This document shows, one piece after another, positions 1 through 9,193 of a stretch of 32,000 bases of DNA. Origin of the DNA: Pseudomonas aeruginosa (GTDB lineage Bacteria; Pseudomonadota; Gammaproteobacteria; Pseudomonadales; Pseudomonadaceae); contig NZ_LN831024.1 in assembly GCF_001457615.1 (NCBI RefSeq), forward strand, positions 1,290,001 through 1,322,000, read 5' to 3'. Under the pieces are notes generated by a model. That model saw only the letters and a program-made list of their open reading frames with translations. It did no database searches and was not told the DNA's origin. The position numbers and the translations under genes were made by a program. The number at the start of each line of letters is the position of its first letter. Position 1 is the first letter of the stretch.

Positions 1-1
1 C

Positions 2-184
2 GAGGCGCTGTGCGATCTCGCTGGCGCGACCGGCGCCGGCTACTGCCCGATCTCGCTGGACCTGCTTCCGGGCTACCTGGCCATCGACGGCTTTCATCCG
101 TCGCAGCTGGGCTACCAGGTCTGGGCCGGGGCCCTCGCCGACTGGTTGGCGGCGAGGGAGAAGGGCGGCGTCGCGGTAGTCTGA
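2..184 (+). CDS. 3' end of an SGNH/GDSL-family hydrolase (5'-truncated by the window edge)
   Basis: Frame 2 reads ...GYLAIDGFHPSQLGYQVWAGALADWLAAREKGGVAVV* and ends at TGA 182-184. DGFHPS matches the block V D-x-x-H motif of SGNH hydrolases. Third codon positions are strongly G/C. It is absent from the ORF track only because it has no start codon in the window. Confidence 0.6.
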   Translation, partial: EALCDLAGATGAGYCPISLDLLPGYLAIDGFHPSQLGYQVWAGALADWLAAREKGGVAVV

Positions 185-191
185 GCGAGAC

Positions 192-1505
192 TCAGGACAC
201 TGCGCCGAGGTCGTTGTCGCGGGTTTCCTTCAGGCACAGCACCGCCAGCAGGCTGAGCAGCGCCGCTGCGGAGACGTAGCCGCCGACCCAGCCCAGGCCG
301 CCGATGCCGACCAGCTTCTGGGCGATATAGGGCGCCACCGAGGCGCCGAGAATGCCGCCCAGGTTGTAGGCCGCCGACGCGCCGGTGTAGCGCACGTGGG
401 TGGGGAATATTTCCGGCAGCAGCGCGCCCATCGGGGCGAAGGTGACCCCCATCAGGAACAGCTCGATGCAGAGGAACAGGGCGACGCTGAACGTCGAGCC
501 CTGGCTGAGCAGCGGCTCCATGGCGAAGCCGGAGGCGATCGCCGCCAGGCTGCCGAGCAGCAGTACCGGCTTGCGTCCGAAGCGGTCGCTGAGCCAGGCC
601 GACAGCGGCGTGGCGGCGGCCATGAAGAGCACCGCGAGGCACAGCAGACCAAGGAACTCCTCGCGGCTGAAGCCGAGGCTGGCCACCCCGTAGCTCAGCG
701 AGAACACCGTGGAGATATAGAACAGCGCATAACACACCACCATCGCCAGGGCGCCGAGCAGGGTCGGCCGCCAGTGCTGGGCGAACAGCTCGGCGATCGG
801 CAGGCGGACCCTCTCGTGCTTGGCCATGGCCTTGGCGAACACCGGGGTTTCCGCCAGCTTCAGGCGTACGTAGAGGCCGACCACAACCAGCGCCGCGCTG
901 AGCAGGAACGGGATCCGCCAGCCCCACTCACGGAACTGCTCCTCGCTGAGCAGCATCGCCAGGGCCAGGAACAGGCCGTTGGCGGCGAGGAAGCCGATCG
1001 ACGGGCCGAGCTGGGGAAACATGCCGAACCAGGCGCGCTTGCCGGCCGGCGCGTTCTCCGTGGCCAGCAGCGCGGCGCCGCCCCACTCGCCGCCGAGGCC
1101 GAGGCCCTGGCCGAAGCGCAGCACGCAGAGCAGCAACGGCGCCCAGTAGCCGATGCTGTCGTAGCCGGGGAGGACGCCGATCAGGGTGGTGGACACCCCC
1201 ATCAGCAGCAGCGAGGCGACCAGGGTCGACTTGCGCCCGATGCGGTCGCCGAAGTGGCCGAACAGCGCCGAGCCCAGCGGACGGGCGAGGAAGGCGATGC
1301 CGAAGGTGAGGAAGGCGCTGAGCATCTGCGCGGTGCCGGATGTCTGCGGGAAGAATACCGGACCGATCACCAGGGCGGCGGCAGTGGCATAGACGTAGAA
1401 ATCGTAGAACTCGATGGCGGTGCCGATGAAGCTGGCGACTGCGACCCGGGTGGTCGAGTTGGCCGGTTCCGGAGCGGCGTCGGCGGCGAGGGTGGCGGCG
1501 GTCAT
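192..1505 (-). CDS. MFS transporter, metabolite:H+ symporter (MHS) type
   Basis: 437-aa ORF with about 12 hydrophobic segments. The N-terminus ...FIGTAIEFYDFYVYATAAALV... and the loop GHFGDRIGRK are typical of the ProP/KgtP/ShiA-like MHS family. It converges on the upstream hydrolase with a 7-bp gap. Confidence 0.9.
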   Translation of the reverse strand: MTAATLAADAAPEPANSTTRVAVASFIGTAIEFYDFYVYATAAALVIGPVFFPQTSGTAQMLSAFLTFGIAFLARPLGSALFGHFGDRIGRKSTLVASLLLMGVSTTLIGVLPGYDSIGYWAPLLLCVLRFGQGLGLGGEWGGAALLATENAPAGKRAWFGMFPQLGPSIGFLAANGLFLALAMLLSEEQFREWGWRIPFLLSAALVVVGLYVRLKLAETPVFAKAMAKHERVRLPIAELFAQHWRPTLLGALAMVVCYALFYISTVFSLSYGVASLGFSREEFLGLLCLAVLFMAAATPLSAWLSDRFGRKPVLLLGSLAAIASGFAMEPLLSQGSTFSVALFLCIELFLMGVTFAPMGALLPEIFPTHVRYTGASAAYNLGGILGASVAPYIAQKLVGIGGLGWVGGYVSAAALLSLLAVLCLKETRDNDLGAVS

Positions 1506-1808
1506 GGTGGGAAGGTCCCTGGCAGTCGGGGCACGACGGAGTGCTTCCGTGCGGCCGGATGGTTATGGCCAGTGCGCCGATGCGGCGGCGCGGCGCCCGG
1601 GTGGGGCGGACGAGATCGGTCGCGCAGGGAGGATGGGGCTGCGCGCCGTGCGCCGGCTGGTACCGTCGGCATCGGGGCCGGGCGGGCAGGCGGGACTGGC
1701 GGGTGACTGGCCGGGGCTCGGGCTGCGGGTAGCGGCGGAACCGGCGGCAGGGCTGGATAAGCTGGGGTCGATTATAGAGCGCCGCGGGGCCGGTTCGGCA
1801 ATCCCGGA

Positions 1809-3101
1809 TCAGACGCTGGCGTCGCTTTCGACCAGCGGGGTCAGCGCGCGAGGATGCCAGGCGCGCACGCTTTTCACACGGTTTTCCGCCGACTGCTGGA
1901 TTTCCAGGCAGTAGGGGCCGATGCGCAGGCACACCGCGCAATCGGGGATCTGCTCCAGGGCTTCGGTGACCAGGCCGTTGAGGGTCTTCGGGCCGTCGCA
2001 GGGCAATTGCCAGCCAAGCGACTTGTTCAGCTCGCGCAGGTTGGCGCTGCCGTCGATGACGAAGCTGCCGTCCTCCTGGGCCTGGATATCCGGGTTGTCG
2101 AGGCTGTCGAGGTCGTTGAAGTCGCCGACGATCTCTTCGAGGATGTCCTCCAGCGTGACGATGCCGATCACCTCGCCATATTCGTCGACCACCACGCCGA
2201 TACGGCGCTTCTCCTTCTGGAAGTTCACCAACTGGGTCGACAGCGGCGTGCTTTCCGGCACGAAATACGGCTCCATGCAGGCCTGGCGGAGATTCTCCTT
2301 GGTCAGGCGGCCCTGGGTCAGCAGGCGCGCGATCTGGCGCATGTGCACGACCCCTTCGATCTGGTTGACGTCGTCGCGGTAGACCGGCAGGCGGGTGTGG
2401 CTGGTGGTGCGCAACTGCTCGACGATGACCTCGAGTTCGTCGTCGAGGTCGATGCCTTCGATTTCGTTGCGCGGGATCATCAGGTCGTTGACCGTGACCT
2501 TCTCCAGGTCCAGCAGGCCGAGCAGCATGTCATGCCGGTTGACCTCGCTGGCCTGGGGATTGTCGGCCGGATGCAGGGCCTCTTCGTCGCGGCTGCGTCC
2601 GCTGTCGTCCTGTTCCGCCGCGGCGACGCCGAGCAGGCGCAGCAGCGCGTTGCTCAGCAGGGTCAGCAGCCACAGCAGGGGCCAGCACAGGCGCTGCAGG
2701 ATCAGGAGCGGCAGGCTGAGCGGCAGGGCGACGCGTTCCGAGCGAAGGGCGCCGTAGCGGCGCGGCAGCAGGGCGCCGAACAGCAGCAGGAGCAGGGTCA
2801 TGCCGGGGATGGCGACGGCCAGGCCGATGACGCCCCAGTGGCGCAGCGCGGCCCAACTGGCCAGGGCGGCGGCGCTGACGTTGACCAGGGTGCGGCCGAA
2901 CAACAGGGTGCCGCGCAGGCGGTCGTCGTGCAGCAGCAGCCAACTGCTGCGCCGGGCCCCGCGCAGGCCTTGCTTGGCCTGCAGGCGCAGGCGGTAACGG
3001 TCGAGGTTGAGCAGGGCGGTCTCGACGCAGGAGAAGAACGCCGAGCAGGCGACCAGGAGAACCAGCAGGCCGACCAGGTACCCGGGGTGCAGCTCATCCA
3101 T
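1809..3101 (-). CDS. CNNM/DUF21 transmembrane domain, CBS pair and CorC_HlyC protein (CorB/YfjD-like putative Mg2+/Co2+ efflux or hemolysin-like protein)
   Basis: 430 aa. The N-terminal half is hydrophobic. It is followed by VNDLMIPRNEIEGIDLD...HTRLPVYRDD...IEGVVHMRQI (CBS pair) and a C-terminal ...FVIDGSANLRELNKSLGWQLP..GPKTLNGLV (CorC_HlyC-like). The neighbourhood matches E. coli yfjD-ypjD next to ffh. Confidence 0.9.
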   Translation of the reverse strand: MDELHPGYLVGLLVLLVACSAFFSCVETALLNLDRYRLRLQAKQGLRGARRSSWLLLHDDRLRGTLLFGRTLVNVSAAALASWAALRHWGVIGLAVAIPGMTLLLLLFGALLPRRYGALRSERVALPLSLPLLILQRLCWPLLWLLTLLSNALLRLLGVAAAEQDDSGRSRDEEALHPADNPQASEVNRHDMLLGLLDLEKVTVNDLMIPRNEIEGIDLDDELEVIVEQLRTTSHTRLPVYRDDVNQIEGVVHMRQIARLLTQGRLTKENLRQACMEPYFVPESTPLSTQLVNFQKEKRRIGVVVDEYGEVIGIVTLEDILEEIVGDFNDLDSLDNPDIQAQEDGSFVIDGSANLRELNKSLGWQLPCDGPKTLNGLVTEALEQIPDCAVCLRIGPYCLEIQQSAENRVKSVRAWHPRALTPLVESDASV

Positions 3102-3113
3102 GAAGGAGGCCCA

Positions 3114-3914
3114 TCAGATGTGCAGGATGAATTCCCGCACCAGCTTGCTGCCGAAGTACGCCAACATCAACAGGCAGAAACCGGCCAGGGTCCAGCGGAT
3201 CGCCTTGTGGCCCCGCCAGCCGAGCTGGTGGCGACCCCAGAGGAGCACGGCGAAGACCACCCAGGCGAAGCAGGACAGGATGGTCTTGTGCGCCAGGTGC
3301 TGGGCGAACAGGTTGTCGACGAACAGCCATCCGGACAGCAGCGACAGCGAAAGCAGCGACCAGCCGCCCCAGAGGAAGCCGAACAGCAGGCTTTCCATGG
3401 TTTGCAGGGGCGGGAAGTTGCGGATCAGCCCGGACGGATGCTTGTGCTTGAGGCGGTAGTCCTGGAGCAGCAGCAAGAGCGCCTGGAACACCGCGATGGT
3501 GAGCAGGCCGTAGGCCAGGATCGAGAGCAGGATGTGGGCCAGAATGCCTGGCTGTTCGTTGATCGGCTCGACGGTGCCGTGGGGGATGAGTACCGCCAGC
3601 AGGGTGGTGAGGGCACCCAGCGGGAATAGAAGGAGGAGCAGGTTCTCCACCGGTATCCGCAAGGTCGCCAGCAGGGTCAGGAGAATTACCGCGGCGGCGA
3701 TCAGGCTGGCGGCGTTGAAGAAGTCCAGCACCAGGCCGGCCGGGGTCAGCAATTGCTGGTAGAGGCTGAAGGCGTGGGCGACCAGTGCCAGGAGTCCGAA
3801 CAGGAGCAGCAGGGGTTTGCCCGGCGCGGTGCGCTTGGACACACAGGCACCCTGGTAGGCGGCGGTGCCGAGATAGAGAACAGCAGCGATGAGGCTGGGC
3901 AGCAGGGGATGCAT
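3114..3914 (-). CDS. YpjD-like inner membrane protein (CcsA/cytochrome c assembly family)
   Basis: Polytopic membrane protein. I place the start at the ATG at 3914 (MHPLLPSLIAAV...) because AAGGA lies 5-9 nt upstream. The track's longer ORF (to 4049) adds an Arg/Pro-rich, non-membrane extension. It is divergent from ffh, as in E. coli. Confidence 0.8.
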   Translation of the reverse strand: MHPLLPSLIAAVLYLGTAAYQGACVSKRTAPGKPLLLLFGLLALVAHAFSLYQQLLTPAGLVLDFFNAASLIAAAVILLTLLATLRIPVENLLLLLFPLGALTTLLAVLIPHGTVEPINEQPGILAHILLSILAYGLLTIAVFQALLLLLQDYRLKHKHPSGLIRNFPPLQTMESLLFGFLWGGWSLLSLSLLSGWLFVDNLFAQHLAHKTILSCFAWVVFAVLLWGRHQLGWRGHKAIRWTLAGFCLLMLAYFGSKLVREFILHI

Positions 3915-4214
3915 AAGTCCTTGTAATCGCGGGCCCGAAAGGATGGGAGTTTGGCATAGATCGAGCGTCGCGAGAAAGCCGTTGCGAACAGTTCTCTCGT
4001 ACCTGTGGCCGGGTTGGCGGACCGCCTGCCGCGGGCGCCGCGACCTCATGGTCCGGCGGTCGCTTCGGCAAAGACGGAACGCATCGGCAAATCAAGGACT
4101 TGAGGCTGGCCTCCGGTCGTCGCCGGACACACACTCCGTCTTTCATCGCGTGTCCCGCGACGCGCTCTTGGTTATAATCCGCCGCTTGCCGCAACCCCCG
4201 TGGAAGGATCGCGC

Positions 4215-5588
<1,374 letters not shown>

Positions 5589-5698
5589 TCGGACGCGCGG
5601 CCGCTGGCCACGCCGACGGTTTCGCGCCGTCGGCCGGCGGGCGGACCGTGTGCTTCCCGCGCTCTCCGCGCCGGCCGATGGGTGGCCGAAAAAGAGAT

Positions 5699-5726
5699 TT
5701 GCAAATTCCCCGATAATCCTTAGAAT
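5699..5726 (+). promoter_or_regulatory. Putative sigma70 promoter of the rpsP-rimM-trmD-rplS operon
   Basis: TTGCAA (5699-5704), a 16-bp spacer, then TAGAAT (5721-5726), about 70 bp upstream of the rpsP ATG. Pattern match only. Confidence 0.45.
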
Positions 5727-5797
5727 ATGCGGCCTTTCGGGCCGTGGGCCCAGCGTGCATTCATTTTGCAAGCACCGACTACAGGAACGAAGTTCAC

Positions 5798-6049
5798 ATG
5801 GTAACCATCCGTCTTGCTCGTGGCGGCTCCAAAAAGCGCCCCTTCTACCACCTGACCGTGACCAACAGCCGCAATGCGCGCGATGGTCGCTTCGTCGAGC
5901 GCATCGGTTTCTTCAACCCGGTTGCGACTGGTGGCGAAGTGCGTCTGTCCGTCGACCAGGAGCGTGCTACCTACTGGCTCGGCCAGGGTGCACAGCCGTC
6001 TGAGCGCGTTGCTCAGCTGCTCAAGGACGCTGCCAAGGCAAACGCCTAA
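5798..6049 (+). CDS. rpsP: 30S ribosomal protein S16
   Basis: [41 protein letters not shown]... is canonical S16. The start is an internal ATG of the track ORF 5744-6049. Confidence 0.97.
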   Translation: MVTIRLARGGSKKRPFYHLTVTNSRNARDGRFVERIGFFNPVATGGEVRLSVDQERATYWLGQGAQPSERVAQLLKDAAKANA

Positions 6050-6055
6050 GCCGTC

Positions 6056-6592
6056 ATGAGTGAAATGCCGACACCCGCCGACGACCTGGTCGTGATCGGC
6101 AAGATCGTTTCGGTGTACGGCATCCGCGGTGAGGTGAAGGTGTATTCCTTTACCGACCCGTTGGACAACCTGCTGGACTATCGCCGCTGGACGCTCCGGC
6201 GCGACGGCGAGATTCGGCAGGCCGAGCTGGTCAGGGGGCGCCTGCATGGCAAGGTCCTGGCCGCCAAGCTCAAGGGGCTCGACGATCGCGAAGAGGCCCG
6301 CACCTTCACCGGTTACGAGATCTGCATCCCGCGTAGCGAGTTGCCCTCTCTCGAGGAAGGTGAGTACTACTGGCACCAGCTGGAAGGCCTGAAGGTGATC
6401 GACCAGGGCGGGCAGTTGCTCGGCGTGATCGACCATCTGCTGGAAACCGGTGCCAACGATGTCATGGTGGTCAAGCCCTGCGCGGGCAGCCTGGACGACC
6501 GCGAGCGCCTGTTGCCCTACACCGGGCAGTGCGTGCTGTCGATCGACCTGGCCGCTGGCGAGATGCGGGTGGACTGGGACGCGGACTTCTGA
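6056..6592 (+). CDS. rimM: 16S rRNA processing protein RimM
   Basis: ...VVIGKIVSVYGIRGEVKVYSFTDP... and a PRC-barrel C-terminus, in the conserved position between rpsP and trmD. An alternative start ATG lies at 6065 (MPTPADD...). Confidence 0.93.
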   Translation: MSEMPTPADDLVVIGKIVSVYGIRGEVKVYSFTDPLDNLLDYRRWTLRRDGEIRQAELVRGRLHGKVLAAKLKGLDDREEARTFTGYEICIPRSELPSLEEGEYYWHQLEGLKVIDQGGQLLGVIDHLLETGANDVMVVKPCAGSLDDRERLLPYTGQCVLSIDLAAGEMRVDWDADF

Positions 6593-6598
6593 TCATCC

Positions 6599-7357
6599 AT
6601 GGACAAGCGTTTGTGGGTGGGCGTCGTCAGCATCTTTCCGGAGATGTTCCGCGCGATCAGTGACTATGGCATCACCAGCCGTGCGGTAAAGCAGGGGTTG
6701 CTCACGCTGACCTGCTGGAATCCACGGGACTACACCGAGGACCGCCACCAGACGGTGGACGACCGGCCCTTCGGCGGTGGCCCTGGCATGGTGATGAAGA
6801 TCAAGCCTCTGGAGGGCGCGCTGGCGGATGCCAGGCAAGCCGCCGGGGGCAGGAAGGCGAAGGTGATCTACCTTTCGCCGCAAGGCCGCCAGCTGACGCA
6901 GGCGGGCGTACGCGAACTGGCCGAAGAGGAAGCGTTGATCCTCATCGCCGGGCGCTACGAAGGCATCGACGAGCGCTTCATCGAAGAGCACGTCGATGAA
7001 GAATGGTCGATCGGCGATTATGTCCTGTCCGGCGGTGAGTTGCCGGCCATGGTGCTGGTCGATGCAGTGACGCGGTTGCTGCCCGGTGCATTGGGTCATG
7101 CAGATTCCGCCGAGGAGGACTCCTTCACGGATGGCCTGCTCGACTGCCCGCACTACACCCGACCCGAGGTGTACGCGGACAAACGTGTTCCTGAAGTGTT
7201 GCTCAGTGGCAACCATGAACACATCCGGCGTTGGCGTTTGCAGCAGGCCCTTGGGCGGACCTGGGAACGACGCGCCGATCTTCTGGATAGCCGCTCGCTT
7301 TCTGGAGAAGAGCAGAAGCTGCTGGCGGAATATATCCGTCAGCGGGACGATAGTTAA
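6599..7357 (+). CDS. trmD: tRNA (guanine37-N1)-methyltransferase TrmD
   Basis: ...[11 protein letters not shown]...[13 protein letters not shown]...[10 protein letters not shown]...[17 protein letters not shown]. These are canonical TrmD motifs. The gap after rimM is 6 bp. Confidence 0.97.
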   Translation: MDKRLWVGVVSIFPEMFRAISDYGITSRAVKQGLLTLTCWNPRDYTEDRHQTVDDRPFGGGPGMVMKIKPLEGALADARQAAGGRKAKVIYLSPQGRQLTQAGVRELAEEEALILIAGRYEGIDERFIEEHVDEEWSIGDYVLSGGELPAMVLVDAVTRLLPGALGHADSAEEDSFTDGLLDCPHYTRPEVYADKRVPEVLLSGNHEHIRRWRLQQALGRTWERRADLLDSRSLSGEEQKLLAEYIRQRDDS

Positions 7358-7398
7358 CGTATCGATGGCTGGCCGATTGCCGGTCTTAGGAGCACAGC

Positions 7399-7749
7399 AT
7401 GACCAACAAGATCATTCAGCAGATCGAAGCTGAACAGATGAACAAAGAGATCCCGGCGTTCGCCCCCGGCGATACCGTGATCGTCCAGGTCAAGGTGAAG
7501 GAAGGCGACCGTCAGCGTCTGCAGGCCTTCGAAGGCGTCGTTATCGCCAAGCGCAACCGTGGCCTGAACAGCGCCTTCACCGTGCGCAAGATCTCCAACG
7601 GCGTGGGCGTGGAACGTACCTTCCAGACCTACAGCCCGATCGTCGACAGCCTGAGCGTCAAGCGTCGCGGCGACGTGCGCAAGGCCAAGCTGTACTACCT
7701 CCGCGCCCTGTCCGGCAAGGCCGCGCGCATCAAGGAAAAACTGGTCTAA
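7399..7749 (+). CDS. rplS: 50S ribosomal protein L19
   Basis: [14 protein letters not shown]...[46 protein letters not shown]... AGGAG lies upstream. Confidence 0.97.
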
Positions 7750-7766
7750 TCCGGTTCTTCTCCGAG

Positions 7767-7792
7767 AAAAGCAGCCCGAGGGCTGCTTTTTT
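7767..7792 (+). terminator. Rho-independent terminator of the rplS operon
   Basis: AAAAGCAGCC-CGAG-GGCTGCTTTTTT. A GC-rich 6-bp stem (extendable through A/T pairs) is followed by T6, 18 nt after the rplS stop. Confidence 0.8.
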
Positions 7793-7900
7793 CATGTCTG
7801 GCGTTCGCCTTTCCGGCGGCGCTTCCTACTGCCCACGGCAGCGCATAACCAGTACAACATCCGCGGCACCCAGGCAGCCACTCCATCCGGTATTCGTGGC

Positions 7901-8326
7901 ATGACCCCCAGAGAGCAAGAAATCCTGCGTCGCACCGAGCTTTCCGAAACCCGTGTGACCAAGGCGGTATTCCCGCCCACCACCAATCACCACAACACCC
8001 TGTTCGGCGGGACTGCGCTGGCCTGGATGGACGAGGTCTCGTTCATCACCGCGACCCGTTTCTGCCGCCTGCCGCTGGTGACCGTTTCCACCGATCGCAT
8101 CGACTTCAACCACCCGATCCCGGCGGGCTCGATCGTCGAACTGGTCGGACGGGTGGTCAAGGTCGGCAACACCAGCCTCAAGGTGGAGGTCGAGGTGTAC
8201 CTGGAAAGCATGTACGCCGACGGTCGCGAGAAGGCCATACACGGCCTGTTCAGCTTCGTTGCCATCGACGACGAAAAGCGGCCGGTTCCGGTCCTGCCGG
8301 GGTTCCCGGCCAGCCAGGCGGCTTGA
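7901..8326 (+). CDS. Acyl-CoA thioesterase, hotdog fold (YciA-like)
   Basis: 141 aa. ...TNHHNTLFGGTALAWMDEVSFITATRF... plus ...GSIVELVGRVVKVGNTSLKVEVEV... are typical of 4HBT/YciA-type thioesterases. Confidence 0.85.
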   Translation: MTPREQEILRRTELSETRVTKAVFPPTTNHHNTLFGGTALAWMDEVSFITATRFCRLPLVTVSTDRIDFNHPIPAGSIVELVGRVVKVGNTSLKVEVEVYLESMYADGREKAIHGLFSFVAIDDEKRPVPVLPGFPASQAA

Positions 8327-8337
8327 GACAGGCGGAA

Positions 8338-8363
8338 AGAAGGCACCCACGGGTGCCTTTTCC
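8338..8363. terminator. Bidirectional terminator-like hairpin between convergent genes
   Basis: AAAGA-AGGCACCC-AC-GGGTGCCT-TTTCC. An 8-bp inverted repeat is flanked by an A-run and a T-run, between the thioesterase stop (8326) and the stop of the minus-strand gene (8396). Confidence 0.65.
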
Positions 8364-8395
8364 ATATCCCCGGACGATCCGGCCCTGGGTTGGGA

Positions 8396-9082
8396 TCAGG
8401 GCCGCAGGCTGATCTTCAGGGAGGCCTGGGACAGGTCGATCTGTTGCAGGCTGACGCTGCCGAACGTCTGCTCGCGCGGCGCGCCGGCAATGCGAATATT
8501 GTCGAAGCGCACCTCGCCGATACTGCTCGGCAGGCGCAGGTTGACCGAGCCGTCGGGGTTGAGCGTGCTTTGCGTCTTGCCGGTTTCGTAGCGAACGTCG
8601 CTCATCGAGGTTTCCGCCTCCAGGCTGTCGAGCATCGGCATCACCAGCTTCGCCAGTTGCTTCACCGCGGCCAGTCCGTCGCCGCCCTCGGCCTTCAGGA
8701 ACAGGCCCTCGAGGCTTTCGTTGAGGCCCTGGGCGTTGACGTTGCTCATCTCGACGTCGGTCAGCGGACGCAGGTTCTTCGGCAGTTCCTGGCGGCTCAT
8801 GGCCGCTGGCGGCTGCATACGCTGGATGTCGGCGCTGGCCATCTGGAACGGACTGAGCAGGGCGGCGACCAGGGTCGCGGCCAGGCGCAGGTTGGTCTGC
8901 TTCTTCAGCGCCTTCTTCAGTTGCCGTTCGCTCAGCAGGCCCTGCTCGATCAGGGTTTCGCCCAGGCGCTTGTGGTTGCTCAACTGCGCCTGGATCGCGG
9001 CGTCCAGTTGGGCGGCGCTAATCAGCCCCTTGTTGATCAGGATCTGGCCCAGGCGGGAATGTTGTTGATTGGACATGGTCAT
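8396..9082 (-). CDS. Small membrane-anchored protein with an N-terminal MshEN-type (T2SSE_N-like) putative c-di-GMP-binding domain
   Basis: The N-terminus carries RLGQILINKGLISAAQLDAAIQAQ-LSNHK-RLGETLIEQGLLSERQLKKALKKQ. A hydrophobic segment follows (LRLAATLVAALLSPF), then about 140 aa of unassigned sequence. The start is uncertain: ATG at 9082 or 9076, while the track uses a TTG at 9118. Confidence 0.8.
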   Translation of the reverse strand: MTMSNQQHSRLGQILINKGLISAAQLDAAIQAQLSNHKRLGETLIEQGLLSERQLKKALKKQTNLRLAATLVAALLSPFQMASADIQRMQPPAAMSRQELPKNLRPLTDVEMSNVNAQGLNESLEGLFLKAEGGDGLAAVKQLAKLVMPMLDSLEAETSMSDVRYETGKTQSTLNPDGSVNLRLPSSIGEVRFDNIRIAGAPREQTFGSVSLQQIDLSQASLKISLRP

Positions 9083-9090
9083 GGCCTGAT

Positions 9091-9128
9091 GAAAAAAGAG
9101 GATGATGGCTAGATGCAATCATCCTCTT
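9091..9128 (-). terminator. Terminator-like hairpin downstream of the antiporter gene
   Basis: A perfect 11-bp inverted repeat AAGAGGATGAT / ATCATCCTCTT (9096-9106 / 9118-9128) with an 11-nt loop. On the minus strand it is followed by TTTTC. It lies 66 nt after the antiporter stop. Confidence 0.5.
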
Positions 9129-9193
9129 CGTGGGCTTCGTTTGTCACCCAACCTTGGATAGGGTGACGACGGTCTTCGTCGGTTCGTTGAAGT

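Noticed and set aside
181-195. Palindrome CTGAG-CGAGA-CTCAG between the convergent hydrolase and MFS genes
   Set aside because: The 5-bp stem is formed by the two stop codons and their flanks. It is too short and has no T-runs, so it cannot be called a terminator and is probably coincidental.
1854-3629. 591-aa + strand ORF across the CorB-like and YpjD-like genes
   Set aside because: It is antisense to two membrane-protein genes that have clear family signatures. Its composition is Ala/Gln/Asp/Gly-rich and low-complexity.
3915-4049. 45-codon N-terminal extension of the YpjD-like ORF given in the track
   Set aside because: The extension is Arg/Pro-rich and non-hydrophobic, with no SD at 4049. 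The internal ATG at 3914 has AAGGA upstream and begins directly with the first TM helix.
5612-5634. Hairpin GCCGACGG-TTTCGCG-CCGTCGGC after ffh as an intrinsic terminator
   Set aside because: The stem is real, but it is followed by CGGCGGGCGG and not by a T-run. It may still affect the 3' end of ffh mRNA, but I cannot support calling it a terminator.
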